This document shows positions 39,046 to 52,560 of a stretch of DNA of 64,000 nt, in pieces; position 1 is the stretch's first letter, and the number at the start of each line of letters is the position of its first letter. A program made the position numbers and the translations under genes. The notes under the pieces were generated by a model. The model searched no databases and had not been told where the DNA came from. It saw only the letters and a program-made list of their open reading frames with translations. This stretch comes from Camelus ferus (Eukaryota). The DNA lies in contig NC_045696.1 of NCBI RefSeq assembly GCF_009834535.1, positions 108,192,001 through 108,256,000 on the forward strand, read 5' to 3'.

Positions 39046-39619
39046 CTTCCTCAGCTATTTCTTGGCCTCAGGTTCCAAATAAAATTCTTGTGCTATAAAC
39101 ACAGTGCATCTTAGATCATGGTTTCCAAGAAAAGAAAGGAATCTCCTTGAAAAAATTGTCCACCTCTGCGTCAGGCCCCATTCATGCTCAGCCCCTTCCT
39201 ACAATTCTTGCTATCAGATGAGTTTTTGGTCTCAGAATTCTCATCCCTTTCCAAATTCTTATGATGGGTTCTGGTAAGTGCTGTTAGGGATGTTAAAGAT
39301 GACAGGTGACAAAGAAAATGAGGATGACAGTGATGAAGTAGATAGGGTGGGGAAAAGGAACCACCTGAGATGCTTCAGGCCTTGTGCCCCTTATCATCCT
39401 AACTAGTTGTCTCCTGAAATTGATGAGCAATTTGAGGACCAGAGAGGGGATGGTACTTGTCTAAGGTCACACAGCTAAGTTCTAGAATTTAGACACAAAT
39501 CCAGGTATCTCTGATACCAAAGTGGCCTATTTAACAAAAATTTTTATAGATATAGATATAGCTGTAATATTACTTATACATGTATGTACACACAGACATA
39601 TATATCTATATCTATAGCT

Positions 39620-41500
39620 TAAAAAGAAAATGAATTCTAAAGGCCTAGAATGAAAAAGAATAATGCAGTGCTCCGTCCCATCTCACTCCATTGCTACTCC
39701 ACAGAGACAAGCATTTTCAATTCCTCTTACTCTTCTAGCATTTGCTTCAATATATGGAAATAAAATGGTTATGCCACAATTTCTTGACTTTACAGTTTTA
39801 AATATTGTCTATTGATCTCTATCTTGGATTTAACTTTCTTATACTCTAGTCTCTTCTGCCTCCCCTCTGACACACAAACACACACACACATACACACACT
39901 CTGCTCCTGCCCTAACTACCAATATATTTGATCATATTTTTGCTTCACTCTTTATTCACTGTGTACATTATCACTATGTAAACATTAGTAACAGCTGAGT
40001 CATGTAATGTACTATAATTAAATTTACTTTCAGGAACAAGTATTTATTTTCCCCAGAGTTAATAATCCTTTTGCTTTTCTTGTTTGCTAAGTTTTCTAGT
40101 ATCAATCATGAATTCATCCCATGATTCTTTTAACCATTTCTTATTTTTCTAGGGGACATCCATTCTGGATTTCTCTATCCTTGGCTCATATCTGGGCTAA
40201 TTGCTTGCTAAACCTATTGTACAGCTGTTGTCCTGGGACCTCCTTTCACCATTTTCCTGGGAATTCCCTTCTCTTTTTCCTTCTGCTGAATCCCTTGTTT
40301 CTTGGATACCGTGTTGTCCTTCGGTTCATTCTCACTGTACTGGAGTACATTCTCCAGTGTCTTCCTGAAAATAAGCACACGGGAGATCCAGCTTTTGAGA
40401 CCTGGCATGTCTGAACATGTTTTCCTTCTCCTTGTGTACATAATTAATATTTTGCCTGGACATAGGATTCTAGGTCAGAAATCATTTCCCCTGAGGATTC
40501 TGAAGCCATTGCCCTCTTGTCTTCTAGCTTCAAGAAGCTGATTGACTACTTCTTGCTCCCCCACCCCCTTTTTTTCCTCCATGGGCTGACTCTCTTAGAA
40601 TACCCTTTTTTCCCTCTATAACTGTTTGTTTCTAAAATTTTAATTCCTTGGTGATGTTCTTAATTTCTGGTCCAAATACCCTACTGAATTTTTCATTTCT
40701 GCCATCATGTTTATAATTCCCAAGAGCTCACGTTCTGCTCCATGGGTGTTGCTTATTAGGGCGTCCTGTTGTCGTTTCATGGATGGGCTATCTTTTTACT
40801 CCCCAAGCCCTACTTATTTCATTATCCCCTCTCTGAAATCTTTCTGTTTACTTCAGTTTCTCTCTTTGGGACAATGGAAGGCTTCTTAAATGTTTGATGA
40901 TCTTTGGCTATCAGTTGGTATTGAAGAACGGGCCACTGGAGAGTTGGCCTGAAGCTGTGTTTGCCTGGGCTGTTTGTGTCGGGGGCGGGCTTCACGGTAG
41001 GGAGAACAGGCTCGGCCCTTTCACTGGGGACCCAACTCTCAGTGTCTGTTGGGCTGGTTGCTTTTTTTCTGTGACACACCCGCCAGCTTTTTGCCCAGGA
41101 GGCTTAAGCTAGGTTGCCTGCATTCTGGGAGCCGAGTGTGGGAGAGGGACCTCGGGGCATCAGCTATCTGCTAGTTCTCCTGTTTTTGCTTGGGCACCCT
41201 GGCTCTCAATCATTCTGGCCCCTCAGTTCAGAAGCTCTCTGGTTTGACCTCAGCAGAGGGTAAACACCCAGCTTTCTGCTATGGAGGGGGAAGGGATGAG
41301 ATTGTCAAAATGATATTTAGACCACTTCCTTGTCTTCTGTTCTACCTGCACCCCACTTTCAGAGGTAGATGGTGCCTCTCTGAGACGTTCCATGATTCTG
41401 CAGAGAAATCGGCTGCTCTCAAGCTTTCTTGGCCACTGGCAGACGATCGTGCCTTCTCAGTCACCCCTCATCTGTCTCTCCCAGTCCTGAGAGACAGCAA
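39620..41500 (-). mobile_element. HAL1/L1ME-like degenerate LINE, antisense
   Basis: ctgttgtcctgggacctcctttcaccattttcctgggaattccctt ... ggattctaggtcagaaatcatttcccctgaggattctgaagccattgcc. Confidence 0.6.
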
Positions 41501-42179
41501 GTCCTGAAGGAGTCCTCTCTCCATTCCCATGGTTCCTGAAGAGCATCCACATCTCTGGGTGCCTGAGGCTTGGTTATTCTGGAGGTTCCCCAGGATCATC
41601 CATAAACTCATCTTTGTTTCTTGTTGGTGTTTTGCTTAAGCTGGTTTGGAGTTGGGTTTCTATCACAACTTGAAGAGCTCTAACTGTTACACAGGGCTAG
41701 TGGAACTGACCAGTTGATTAAATAGATGATCTAATATCACTTTGATCTTTTCCCCTTAGAGTAAATGTTGCAAAGCTTCATTAACGGCTGTCCCCAGAAT
41801 TGGGTATTGAGGGCTCGGGGTTGACCTCTGGCTTGGAGGTCATCAGAGCTTCCCTGACAAGTCCAGATAAGCCCCATGGGGCTCAGTTCTCAGCCTGCAT
41901 CCCTTCTCTTCCCACTTACCTGGCATTTCGCTGACTGCTCTCTGCCATCCCATTGCCATGTTGCGTGACTCTTCATCTGAGAACATCTCATCTCTCCGTT
42001 TAATTCCCGCTTGGGTTCAGCAGAGGGCTGCAAATGTGTATAGCTAGTTCAGAATAAAGAAATGAATGAGGTGATTTCTTTTGTTTGTGGTTTTCTACCT
42101 TGGATGTGGATAAAGTAACCTAACTTCTTCCTCTTGGTATATCCTTTTTAGCATCTAAGCCACTTTCATAGTAAAAATT

Positions 42180-42410
42180 AATAATGAGTAAAAACTGCTT
42201 ATTGAATGTTATTATATGCCAGATTCCTGATTTAATACCTAATATTTACAACAATGCTCTGACACAGGCAATATTATTGCCATTTTACAGATGAAGAAAA
42301 GAAGCTCAGAGAGGTTACTGCATTTCAAGATCAAACCCCGAGTGAGAGGCAGAGCCGGGATTTGAATCCAAGCTGATCAGACTCCAAAGCCTCTGCTTTG
42401 CACCTCTACT
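42180..42410 (-). mobile_element. MIR SINE
   Basis: ccattttacagatgaagaaaagaagctcagagaggtta ... ggatttgaatccaagctgatcagactccaaagcc. Confidence 0.88.
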
Positions 42411-44429
42411 CTGTCGCGCCCCTCAGGTTCATAATTTACCTTCTGTCTGCTGTGGTTTCTGATCAGTTCTTACCACAAAGCAACATTTTATGAGACTGTG
42501 TATTTTTCAATCATATGGATACTTAGCAAATTTCAAATATATCAGCCAACCCCTCTCCAAAGTAAGAAAGGATTACAAACTACATGAAGACAAGGCTGCC
42601 ACAGACAAGTGCCTCCTAGGAAAAATGCAGCAAGAGCTGTTGGAGTCATTTTGGATGCTACAAGGAGCAGCTTATGAAATGGAGAAATGAGGATGGATCT
42701 TGGGTATACTTCTAAAGAATGAGATCCATTAGAACGGTCTCTCCTGGGGAGTCCTGTGATAGAAAGCTCATTGCTGGAGTTATTTAAAAATGAACTAGCA
42801 AAACTCTTCAGGGACCAGTCCTGCGCTGATAGGGGGTGGACAAGATACCTTAATAGGTCGTTTTAGTCTCCGATTTCTGTAAAAACGACTGTTCTTATGG
42901 TACATTGAGATTTTCGATGAATTTCAATTTCTGCCTAAGTGCCCAAGAAGTTTCCCAGGCGGAACTGAAAGTGAACGGCATGTCAGGTTCTGGGTAGCTG
43001 AAGGGAGCTTCTCCTTGTGTTCCCCTGTGCTCCTTGTCAGAGTTCGGCATGTGATCAGCCTCCAGGAGACCGAGCCTTGACCGGGGTACCTTCTGGGCAT
43101 GCAGTACCGTGAAAGCGGCCCCAGCCCCACCTGACTTTGAACAATGTCACTTGAGTACACAAGTCTGGGGTCCCTAGCCAAGGCCCTAAAACAGCTGAGA
43201 GCAGTGACATATGCTAAATAGTCTGGTTCCCAAAGAGCTGGTGGCAGCCCTGCTGAGAGGTCCATAAAATCCCTGCCTGCAATTCCCCGCCTCCATGTGC
43301 TTCAAGAGGTGTTTGTTCGGCTTAGGGCTGGTGGGTACATAGGGAGCTCTGCCAACGGTATTGTTTGCTGAGTTAATTGTTCTGTTTGAACTGAGGCTCT
43401 TCTAGGATGCGGAGGGAAATGAGATGTTTGGTCAGGGTTTTCCTTGAGCCAAGTTTACCTCACCACGGACAGGGGAAGAAAGGAAAAAGGAGTTGGAGGA
43501 AAGAGAAGTAAGGAAGTCCCTGAAAGCTCTGCTTGGCTCTGTCCAGGGCAGAGGGCTCACATGGTATGAACATGATTCGAACACGATATGCCCAGGCAAT
43601 CGGGAGGGTCTGGAACCAGGTTAGAGCAGAGGTCTTCTCTGGCTGGAGAATACAGGAAAAATGAAGCATCACATCCTTCTATCTGTTTATAATGTTTACA
43701 TTATTTATATTCAAATATGAATTTTATAGGGCATAACAAAAAGTGCATGTCAAATAAGACTGTTGTAACAAAAGAGCACACACTACAATGGAGATGGGGA
43801 TATATAATCACACAAAATCCTAACCTAGTTTGGCTATAAAAAAAAGTAAGTGTTAAGTTAGCCCTGGGTATTTGGAAATTAAGCTAAGGCATCAATGGAA
43901 CTACCTAGAAGATCTGATTTTCACTGTCTAATAATGGGGTGCACATCAGATTAGGAAGAGGGAGAAACTGTTTCCCAATGCTAAATTCTGAGGCGACGTA
44001 TTGAGGGGATAATTTTTCTATCAACCTCACCTCCTGATGTTGTAAAATAAAATTTTGCAGGAAAAAATATTGTCTAAAATATAACACAATGGTCACGTGT
44101 ATCTAAGTTTCTAAGAAACTTAGCACTAATGTTCTGATGTACAGATAGTGTAAGGGCCACTACCCTACACTCCACTGTGTGCATACAATTTTGGAGTCGA
44201 GGGGCAGGGATGCTAAACAAGAAACTAGAGGCTGGAATTAAATAGAGATGTAGTTATAATTCTGTGTTTTGTCTCCTATTACATCCATATTCTTTTTCAG
44301 GACTGTAAGAGAACCCAAACCAGTGTAACTTTCTACTTTACTTCCCTATTTGCCACTTGCTTGCATGAACTGAGTTCACAAAATAAATCATGTTGAAGAA
44401 GATAGAAGGAAAAGACAACTGCCCTGGTC

Positions 44430-44935
44430 CTCACTGTGCCATCCAGTATCCCCTTTCCTTCTGAGGAGCCACTGTCAACTCTACTCTCCATCCATATGTG
44501 GTAGGAGGAGTTGAGTCATCTCTCAGCTCCAGAAGTAAATTTTGACTCATCCTGGGCACTCAAAGTATCATATTCCCTGGTCAGGTATGAATAACTGATT
44601 CAATCAGAGCCAGTGATGTCCAACAGTTGGGACTGCTGGGGTAGAGACATGTATCCTGCTGGTTACTCCGGATGGGAAGGAGAACATGAGCCTGGAGCTG
44701 TAGGGGCCATCCATGAATGCCCACGATGAAGGTTCTGAAGCCTCTATGGAAAGCAGAAGTGAGCAATGGCAAGAAATTAGGTCCTCACAATGCTGAGTCC
44801 CTGGATCAAGCCATTCCTGAAGCTGGACCTTCCTCTGGATTTTTCTGTTTGGAGAATGTGAACCTTTCTGATCCCTGATTTCTTTGTGTATAAAACAGCA
44901 TTGCTCATCATGACTTCACAGGTTACTGAGAGGGT
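44430..44935 (+). mobile_element. MLT1-type MaLR LTR remnant
   Basis: gagtccctggatcaagccattcctgaagctggaccttcctctggatttttc. Confidence 0.65.
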
Positions 44936-45449
44936 TGAATAAAAAAATCTAGTACACATTACATAGTGCAGAGTGGATGCTCAATAAATGGTCATCTCCT
45001 CTCATTCTCTTTCTACCTACCAGCTGATGGGAACTTTAAACACTTCATGATTTCACGGATGTAGACAGACCAATGCTGTCCAATTCAGTTTAATCAAGTG
45101 AGTGTTCTCTGCTCTCAGCCATGAGGTACTTCCCTCCTTTACCCTCCCCTGGCACCCTGATCACTTCTATATTAGAACTCCTATCACATGATGTCCCGTT
45201 ATTTTGCAGCTGCTTGTCTGTCTCCACTGTGGGACTGTGTCCTCAGGACGTGGGTGGGGTCCTGTTCAATTTCCTTCTTCTCGGCTTGGTACAGGGTCTG
45301 GTTCAGAGTTTCTTAAACACCTAACGAGTGGCAGAGACTGTGCTGGGCATGCACAGAGGTCACTGCGTTTTACTCTCACAATGATGCGGGGGTGCCTTGG
45401 TTGGAGTTGAGGGATGTTTGAGCTTGTGAGCCTGAGCTTATGCTCTTTC

Positions 45450-45980
45450 TTGGTGTAAAGGTCAGAATGCTTTCTGTGTAAGTGTCAGAAATGCTGTCAG
45501 CCTGCTTTAACCAAAGAAGGAGTTTACTGGCTCAGGTAACTAACAAATTTAGGGGTAGAGTATGCTTTAAGCATGTGTCAGTCCTGGTTCTCTCCCAAAT
45601 CAGGAATTTTCATCCCTAACTCTTCACTTCACTTTCCTCTCGGTTGGGCTCCTTGGATGTGGTAGCACAAGCCACCAGCAGCCCCAGGCTCTCTCACCCT
45701 GCTCCTAAGTTTTGATAGAAGGAAAGTTTTCCCCCTAATTTCTTCAAGAGTCATGGTCTGCTGCCCATTGGCCAAGGATGAGCCATGTGCTCATTTCTGC
45801 ACTGATCACTGTAGCCAGTGGCATGAAACACCCTGGATGGTCCTGAGTCCAGTGCCAGCTTCTGAATGAAGGGCAGTGTCACCTCAAACCACACAGGTGG
45901 AGATGAGAGGATGCCGCAGCAGAAGAAGGGAAAGGATGCTAGACTGCATGCAAGACAGGGGCTCCTTTCTCTGGCCCGGC
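45450..45980 (-). mobile_element. MLT1-type MaLR LTR remnant
   Basis: ggagtttactggctcaggtaactaac ... ccaccagcagccccaggct ... ccatgtgctcatttctgcactgatcactgtagcca. Confidence 0.6.
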
Positions 45981-46523
45981 TTCCCCTCCTCTCCCCTCTG
46001 CCAGCCAGAGTCTCTCCCTGGACTCATTGCTGCCTGGTGGGCTCTACAGATATCCAGCTACTACATCAGTAACTAGGGCAGCTTCTGGGCCTGTCATTTG
46101 GTTTTTTTTATGCAGTAACCCCTTGCAGAACATACATATGCAGTATCAAACTACTGATTGTCCACAGAAGCACTAAGGCTTGAGCCAGCCACTTACCTTT
46201 CTGGGGTCACTTTTCTTGTTTGTACATAAAGATATCAGAGGTCATCAGGATTCCTGGGTTGTTGCTCCTCTTTCCTGTGCTCCTGTGCAGGTGGGAGACC
46301 TCAGAATCCTTCTTTACCCAGGAACTCAGGTAGTGTCTACTACCAGTTAAGAAGTTGGAATTTAAGGAACCATCATATCTCTAAACACTTCCATGAGAAC
46401 ATTCTCAAACTGGCTTCTTTAGTAAAGACTGTTTTCCAGACACTGTATATAAGGTGCTCCAGAAATCTCTAGTTTAGCATAAAAACCAGTTATCTTCTCA
46501 GTCATAAAGTGTCTCAGTATCTC

Positions 46524-46791
46524 TGTACTGAAAGTGAAAAACAAAATGGTTGTAAGCACATCGGTGTTCACCCTCGTGATTGCGCGTGGCTGATTGGGAG
46601 CTGCAGCTCACTGTCCCTGCCCAGCATGGAGAGAAGATGGTGCTGCAGATCACCAGCCCAGGAAAAGATCAAAATTCAAAATTCCAAGTATGGTTTCTAA
46701 TGAATGTGTATAGCATCAAGGTAAAAAAAAAAAAAAAAAATCATTAAGTCGAACCATTATAAGTTGAACCATTGTAAGTTGGGACCAGCCG
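46524..46791 (+). mobile_element. Tigger4-type fragment, same family as 2372-2823 in opposite orientation
   Basis: gtactgaaagtgaaaaacaaaatggttgtaag ... cccaggaaaagatcaaaattcaaaatt ... gaaccattgtaagttgggacc. Confidence 0.8.
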
Positions 46792-48569
46792 TAATGTTCT
46801 CTGTTGGGTCTGTTCTAGCCCTTTCCCCAGGGATGCAAACCCAAAGGCTTGAAAATACCCTTGGGAAGCTTAGGCAGGATTACCCTGCCCACGTGGTTAT
46901 CTGAGAGCTTTGACTCAGGCCAAATCAGCCAAGGGGCAGCGAGTGCCTTTGCCCTCTGCTCTCTTATCTTTGTTCGTTTCCTTCCTAATAATGAAACTGG
47001 AACACGTGGGTTATGATGGAGGATTGTGAGGCCAACCCGAGGAGGACAGAGCTGGTGAAGGAGCCCCACCCCACTGGCCCAGTGGAAGCGGCGGTCTGAC
47101 CTCACTCAGAGAGGAAGTCTATTTGAACTTCACCTACTGAAAACACAAGGTGTTTCAGGGTGAGGGATGGAGAATTCTGGGGCTCTCTCTTGGCTGTGCC
47201 TGCAGTTTCAATTAATCTTAGTGGCTGGCTTGTTCATAAAGCCTCTGATGTTATCTCCATGGTGCCCTGACCCTCATCAAAGCTCACCTCACATGCCCGA
47301 TGCCCGCGGCTCATCCCGCAGCTCCTGCCAGAGCTGACTCAAGGCCTGAGCAGCTGCAGATGGTGGAGAGGATGCATTTCCTCCCATGTTCCTTTGATCT
47401 GTGCCCTCATCTGTCTCCAGTCACAGAGGCGCACGTGCGACCTGGATCACAGGCGAGTGTTACACCACATGCCCCCGCTTCCCACTGTTCTGTGGGTCTT
47501 TATGGAAAACGCGCCCCCTCCCCGTGCAGGCATTTGGTGAGTTGAGCAGCTGTCAGCGTCTGAGCTTAGTGATGACAGAAAACATTAACGCCAGGCCGCG
47601 GGGCCCTTCTCTCCACACCCTCGGTGGCCCTGGAGGGATGGAGGGCAGGCTGCTGGAGAGTGAGGACGAGGCTTGCACGGGCCGTGCCGTTACCTGTGAG
47701 GAAGTCCTCGGCTCACCCTCATACTCCGCAGGGTTACAGGCCGGCCCCCGAGTCAGCACAGCAGGTGTGGACCCTGCACGGGGCCCTTTCTCCCTGACGG
47801 TTTACTTTCACTTGGCTGGTTTTATGTTTGTATTTTTTTAAAAAATGTTTTATTATTGCAATGCCCTGTAGCCTTTCACACTCTTGGCTATCATGTTCCC
47901 CTGAATACTCTTCCCCTCTGGCTTTTGGCTTTTATTCTGTCCCCTTTCTCCTGGTGGCTGAGCTGGTCGACTCCAAGATTTGCATTTGGTCCTAATCTCT
48001 TCCTTCTCACCACTGCTTTCGTGATCCCTTCCTTCTGGCAGCATCTCGAATGAAACGCTGCATCCCAGCAGATGAAACTCTGCATCCGACAGCCTCTGCT
48101 TCGTCTCTGTCCCCAAATGCAGATGTGCAAAGCCAGAGCCTCACCTCTCACCCTGGACTTGCCCCTGCTCCCCAGCACTCATTTCTCTGACTTGAGACCC
48201 AGAAGTCATGGCTGGTCTTCTCCTTCCTTTTCACAGCTCACTGCCATTCTGTCTTCTGTGCCCGAGCTCAGCGATTCACCTAGAATTCCCCTCCTCTCGC
48301 TCACTCTCAGCATGACCGCCCTGCTGCAGGCTGTGCTTCCCCACGTATAGGCTGCTGCCTGTTATAGACCTTCAGACTGGCTTCTCCGTCTTCATCCCCC
48401 TCCCTCTTCACCCCTCATTCATCTTGCTACCAGGTCTGTTTCTCTAATACACTATTTTGAGCGTTTTCTTCCCAGTGCCAACAGGATGAAGATGAAAATT
48501 CTGTGGCCTGGCCTCGTAGATCCCCATGAGCCAACTGCTTGAGACTCATCTCAAGTTGCCTGGACACTA

Positions 48570-48900
48570 CCAGCCCTGTGGTCCTCAAAGTGTGGCCCCC
48601 AGCCAGCAACAGCCGCATCACCTGGGGACACTCTGGGAGAGGGGAGGCAGTGATGTGTGTTTTAACAAGCCTTCTGGGTGATTCTGGTGGAGGTAAAGCT
48701 GAGACCCACTGCTTTAGCCCAGAGGCCTTTAAACCTTGCTGCACGTCTGTTTCACCAGGGGAATTGTTTAGAAGTCATTAACGTCCAGGTTTCACCCAGG
48801 ATCAATGATTCAGCATCTCTGAATGGGGCCTGGGTATCACTATTTTTATAAGCTCCCCAGGTGATTCAGTTATACAACAAAGATGCAGAATCTTTAGGAA
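48570..48900. mobile_element. Two MER5A-type hAT MITE fragments within an L2 remnant (~48150-49130)
   Basis: cctgtggtcctcaaagtgtggcccc ... tttaacaagccttctgggtgattctg and tttataagctccccaggtgattc. Confidence 0.7.
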
Positions 48901-49216
48901 ACTCAACCCAACAGCTGGAGGTTCCTTAAGTATGTCTGGACTCAGACCCCCCCCCCCCCACCCCACCCCGCACCTGCTATGACTTCACTTACATGTTCTC
49001 TCCGCCTTCTGTCCCGTTGGTCCAACTCTTATTCCTCTTTCAAGGCCCAGGGTTAGTGTCAACTTCCGCCTTATCGTCCCAGGGTAGGAAGCGATCACTG
49101 GCTTTCAGGTCCCTTGGCACTTTCAGACAATAAATGTGTGAATGCTCTGTGAACTCTCAAATATTAGTTACTATGATCATATGTAACATAATCCAAGGAG
49201 TACTGAGGGATGGGGT

Positions 49217-49581
49217 TGTAATGGACTGAATGCTCGTGCACCCCTGACGCCCTCAGATTCATTAGTAGAAATCCTAACCCCCAATGTGATGGTATTTGGA
49301 GATGGGGGCTTTGGGTTTTGGTTAGGTCACGAGGTTGGAGCCTTATGAATAGGGCTAGTATTCTCATAAAAGAGACCCCAGAGAGCTTTCTGCTCTCTGC
49401 CAAGTGAGGATCCAGTGAGAAACCGGCTTCCTGTGGCCAGGGACAGAGCTCCCTCCGGAACCCGACCATGCTGACATCATGATGCTGCACTTCCAGCCTC
49501 CGGAGCTGTGAGAAATAAAGTTCTGTTGTTCAGAAGCAGCAGAGTCTGTGATGTTGGCTTATAGCATCCTGAGCCAAGACA
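49217..49581 (+). mobile_element. MLT1A/B-type MaLR solo LTR
   Basis: tgtaatggactgaatg ... cctaacccccaatgtgatggtatttggagatgggg ... tgtgagaaataaagttctgttgtt ... aagaca. Confidence 0.9.
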
Positions 49582-49609
49582 ATAATATACAATAATCTTT
49601 GGAATCCTA

Positions 49610-50110
49610 AACTAGCTGTAGCTGGCATGAATGGAAAGCTGACTCTGTGCCTGGCACTGTTTTAGGTGCTTTAAATGGATGAACGTCTTTGATCTTCCCA
49701 AAACACTGTGGATGAGCAAACTCAATGGAGGCACAGAGAAGTTATTTAACTCGTCCAATGTCACATGGCAGGTAAGTGGCAAACCTGGGATTTGAACCAT
49801 GGCCCACTTGGCTCTAGAATTCATGTTAATCTTTGAGCTCTAACATCTCAATATATACTATGACCGAGAATAATAATGGCCATGTGAGTATCTCGAACGT
49901 GCACACTGTGGCACTTTCTAGTTGACAAAGCCTTTTTTCTTTCCAGGCTGTGTCTCACTTTCCAACAACTTTGTGAGGTGGGAGCTATTATTACTGCCCC
50001 GTGGTCCAGAGGAGGAGGCCTAGGCTTAGAGAGGTTCTGTCATTCACCAGTAGGGGTTGGAAATGCGGCTTGAGCCCAGACAGCTGGTTCTAAACCCAGG
50101 TATCCGAAGA
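49610..50110 (-). mobile_element. Two tandem MIR SINEs
   Basis: gaggcacagagaagttatttaactcgtccaatgtcaca ... ggatttgaacc, and caacaactttgtgaggtgggagctattattactgcccc. Confidence 0.75.
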
Positions 50111-50359
50111 CGCCCTTGTGCACCCTCACTCTGGGCCTCCCTTGCTTGGGCCGCACCTTTCCCCAGTGCCAAGGGGTGAAGAGAGAAGGCGAGGAAGGAG
50201 TGGCCTCAGCCTATGGCTGTCTCCGACCTGGCAGGGCGCATGGTGGGTGGGCGTCTGCTCAGACCTAGTCCTAGCTGGGCCAGCTGGGCAGTCAGAGAGA
50301 TGCCAGGAGTTGGCTGCCTTATGATTCTGGTGGCAGAGGGGCTCCCAGGGGTGGGCAAG

Positions 50360-51015
50360 TGAGACAGGAAGGAAGGGGGCAGGGCACAGCCATTAAAGGA
50401 ATGACACAGCGATTAACACCAAAATGGTGGAGATTCAACCCCCAGGTGGCCTTGAGGCCCAGGATGGCAGGAGACCTGACTTACGGTAGACCTTGAGCTT
50501 CACTATGTGCTCATTGTAATATATTCATGGTGAATGACACTCCCACCAGTTCCATGACAGTTCTGAGGCTGACAATAAAGGATCAAAAAGTGGGCGGTGG
50601 CCCAGTTCTGGGGAGTCCCAGCCCCGTCCCCAAAGGAGTTGGAATAACCCTCCCCCTTGTTAGCATATGAAGTTACTGAGTCCATAAAATCTGACAGCCC
50701 TGTACCCTATGGCCGTCCTCCCTTCGGAGTGAAATGGCCTGCACTCCATCTATGGGGTGTGTAACTACTTTTGTTTTAAACTAAACACCCACCCCTGTAC
50801 CTTGTGGCCTCTCGCTCCCTCACCTTCTGAGACAGCCTGCACTCCGTCTGTGGAGTATGTATCTCTCTGAATAAATCTGCTTTTACTCAACCGTGGCTTG
50901 CTTTTGAGTTCTTTCCTGCATGAAGCCAAGGACCCATGCTTGGTGGGGTGCATCACAGGGACTCAACTGAGACCTGGGGCATGGCTTTCCTGTCGCCCCC
51001 CATTTTCCTGTATCA
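50360..51015 (+). mobile_element. ERV1 solo LTR, MER41-like
   Basis: TG...CA ends, perfect 4-bp TSD CAAG, MER41-like motifs atgacactcccaccag...ccatgacagtt and cccttgttagcatat, and AATAAA. Confidence 0.88.
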
Positions 51016-52369
51016 CAAGGACACAGGTGGGGAGGAGCATAGGAGCCAGGCAGGGGCTCAGAACTGCCAAGGGGGTTAGGGCTGGGTCCACAGCAGGCCA
51101 AGCTGGCCTGCGGGCAACCATTAGGGCCATCTCAGTCCCATGAGGGTGCCTCACGTCCAGCACGCATTCCCTGTCTTCACCAGGATACTTCGGTGATAGC
51201 ATTGTCTGGTTGGAAACCATTGTGCAAGGTCTATCTCTTGGGCCCACGTGTCCTGTGGACTGTCACAGTACCTCCCTCAGAGGGCCGGGGTGAGGCATAA
51301 ATAAATAAATACATCACCTGTTAACATTCGTTAACACGAATGCCTCGTGCATAGGAACTGCTCAAAAAATATCAACTGTTCTTAGGAAAGTGGGAGAGGA
51401 AAGAAGAAAGAGGAAAGGGAAAGGAAGAGAAGAAAAGGAGTCTGTCTGGGGTTGGGGGCGGGGGTGAGGTAGGCAGTCAAAAAAGACTGTACAATGGAGT
51501 TGACATCTAAGAGGGTTTTGCAGGGTGGAAAGGAGTCTGCTGCTGGATAAACAGGTGAAGAGTGGGATGGTGTTCCAGGTACGAATGTGTAAATGCTCTG
51601 CAAACTCTCAAATATTGGTTACCATGACCATTAAGCGAGAGCGCAGATGACAGCCTTTCTACTTTGCAGTGGGTAATTTGCCTATGTATGGCATTCCCTG
51701 CAGTGCACCGTAAGTCCGCCCATGACCTTCTGTCTCCTCCATCCCTGCAAGCTGTTCTAGATAGTACCTTGCATAGAGTAAGTACTCAGTAAATATTTGT
51801 TGGAGGAATAAATTATTTTCTTTGAAAAGAAACATCCTTGACTATGAGGTGTGCTCTGCATAGATTGTGTAAATTACTTCTTATGATAAACAGTGCGTCG
51901 GGGTTCAGCTTTCTCCTGGGAAAGATCTGAGGCTGCCTCGCTCATGGTGATACTACTTCTTTACTGCTCTCTGAGACCCATTCGTCGCCTCTCTGCTATT
52001 CCAAGCATCACAAATGTGGCTATGAAAAATGCTACCAAGGAAGAGGCTAGCTGTTCACTCTAGGACATGGACCTTGGGCAATATTTTTCCTGGTAATGAT
52101 AACGGGTTTTAGCATGAAGCTCAGAGGAGATGGGTTTGCATCCAGGCTTTACCAAGTACCAGCACATTACCTTGCCTTTCTAGCATTTCTTCATCCATAA
52201 ATTGAAGGAGTTGTCTTTCTCCAGTTCCTGAGAGCTGTGGCTCCATTGGTCCTGCCTCCTGCCCCCTGCCTGCTGGTGTCTCTGTGTTTGGATCAGTTCC
52301 TGTCACCTCATGTTGCTGTCCTTTAAAGGTTTGCTCCTGATAGCGAGGCAGCGAACTGTAGAGAGTAGA

Positions 52370-52560
52370 CATTCCTCTTTGGGGTCAGGCAGACAGACAA
52401 CCTGGATTTGAACCTTGGTCCTGCCACTCAGGGGCTGTGTGACCCCAGGCAAGTTATTTGACCTTTCGGTGTAAAATGGAGATAACCCTATTTCACAGGG
52501 TTGCTGTGGGGCTTAAACAAGTCACCAAAGTGCTTAGAATGGTGCCTGGCGCATGGTAAT
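52370..52560 (+). mobile_element. MIR SINE
   Basis: cctggatttgaaccttggtcctgccactcaggggctgtgtgaccccaggcaagttatttgacc. Confidence 0.85.

Noticed and set aside
42848..42857. CArG consensus CCTTAATAGG
   Set aside because: It is an isolated motif in a probable old SINE remnant, and chance occurrence is expected in 64 kb.
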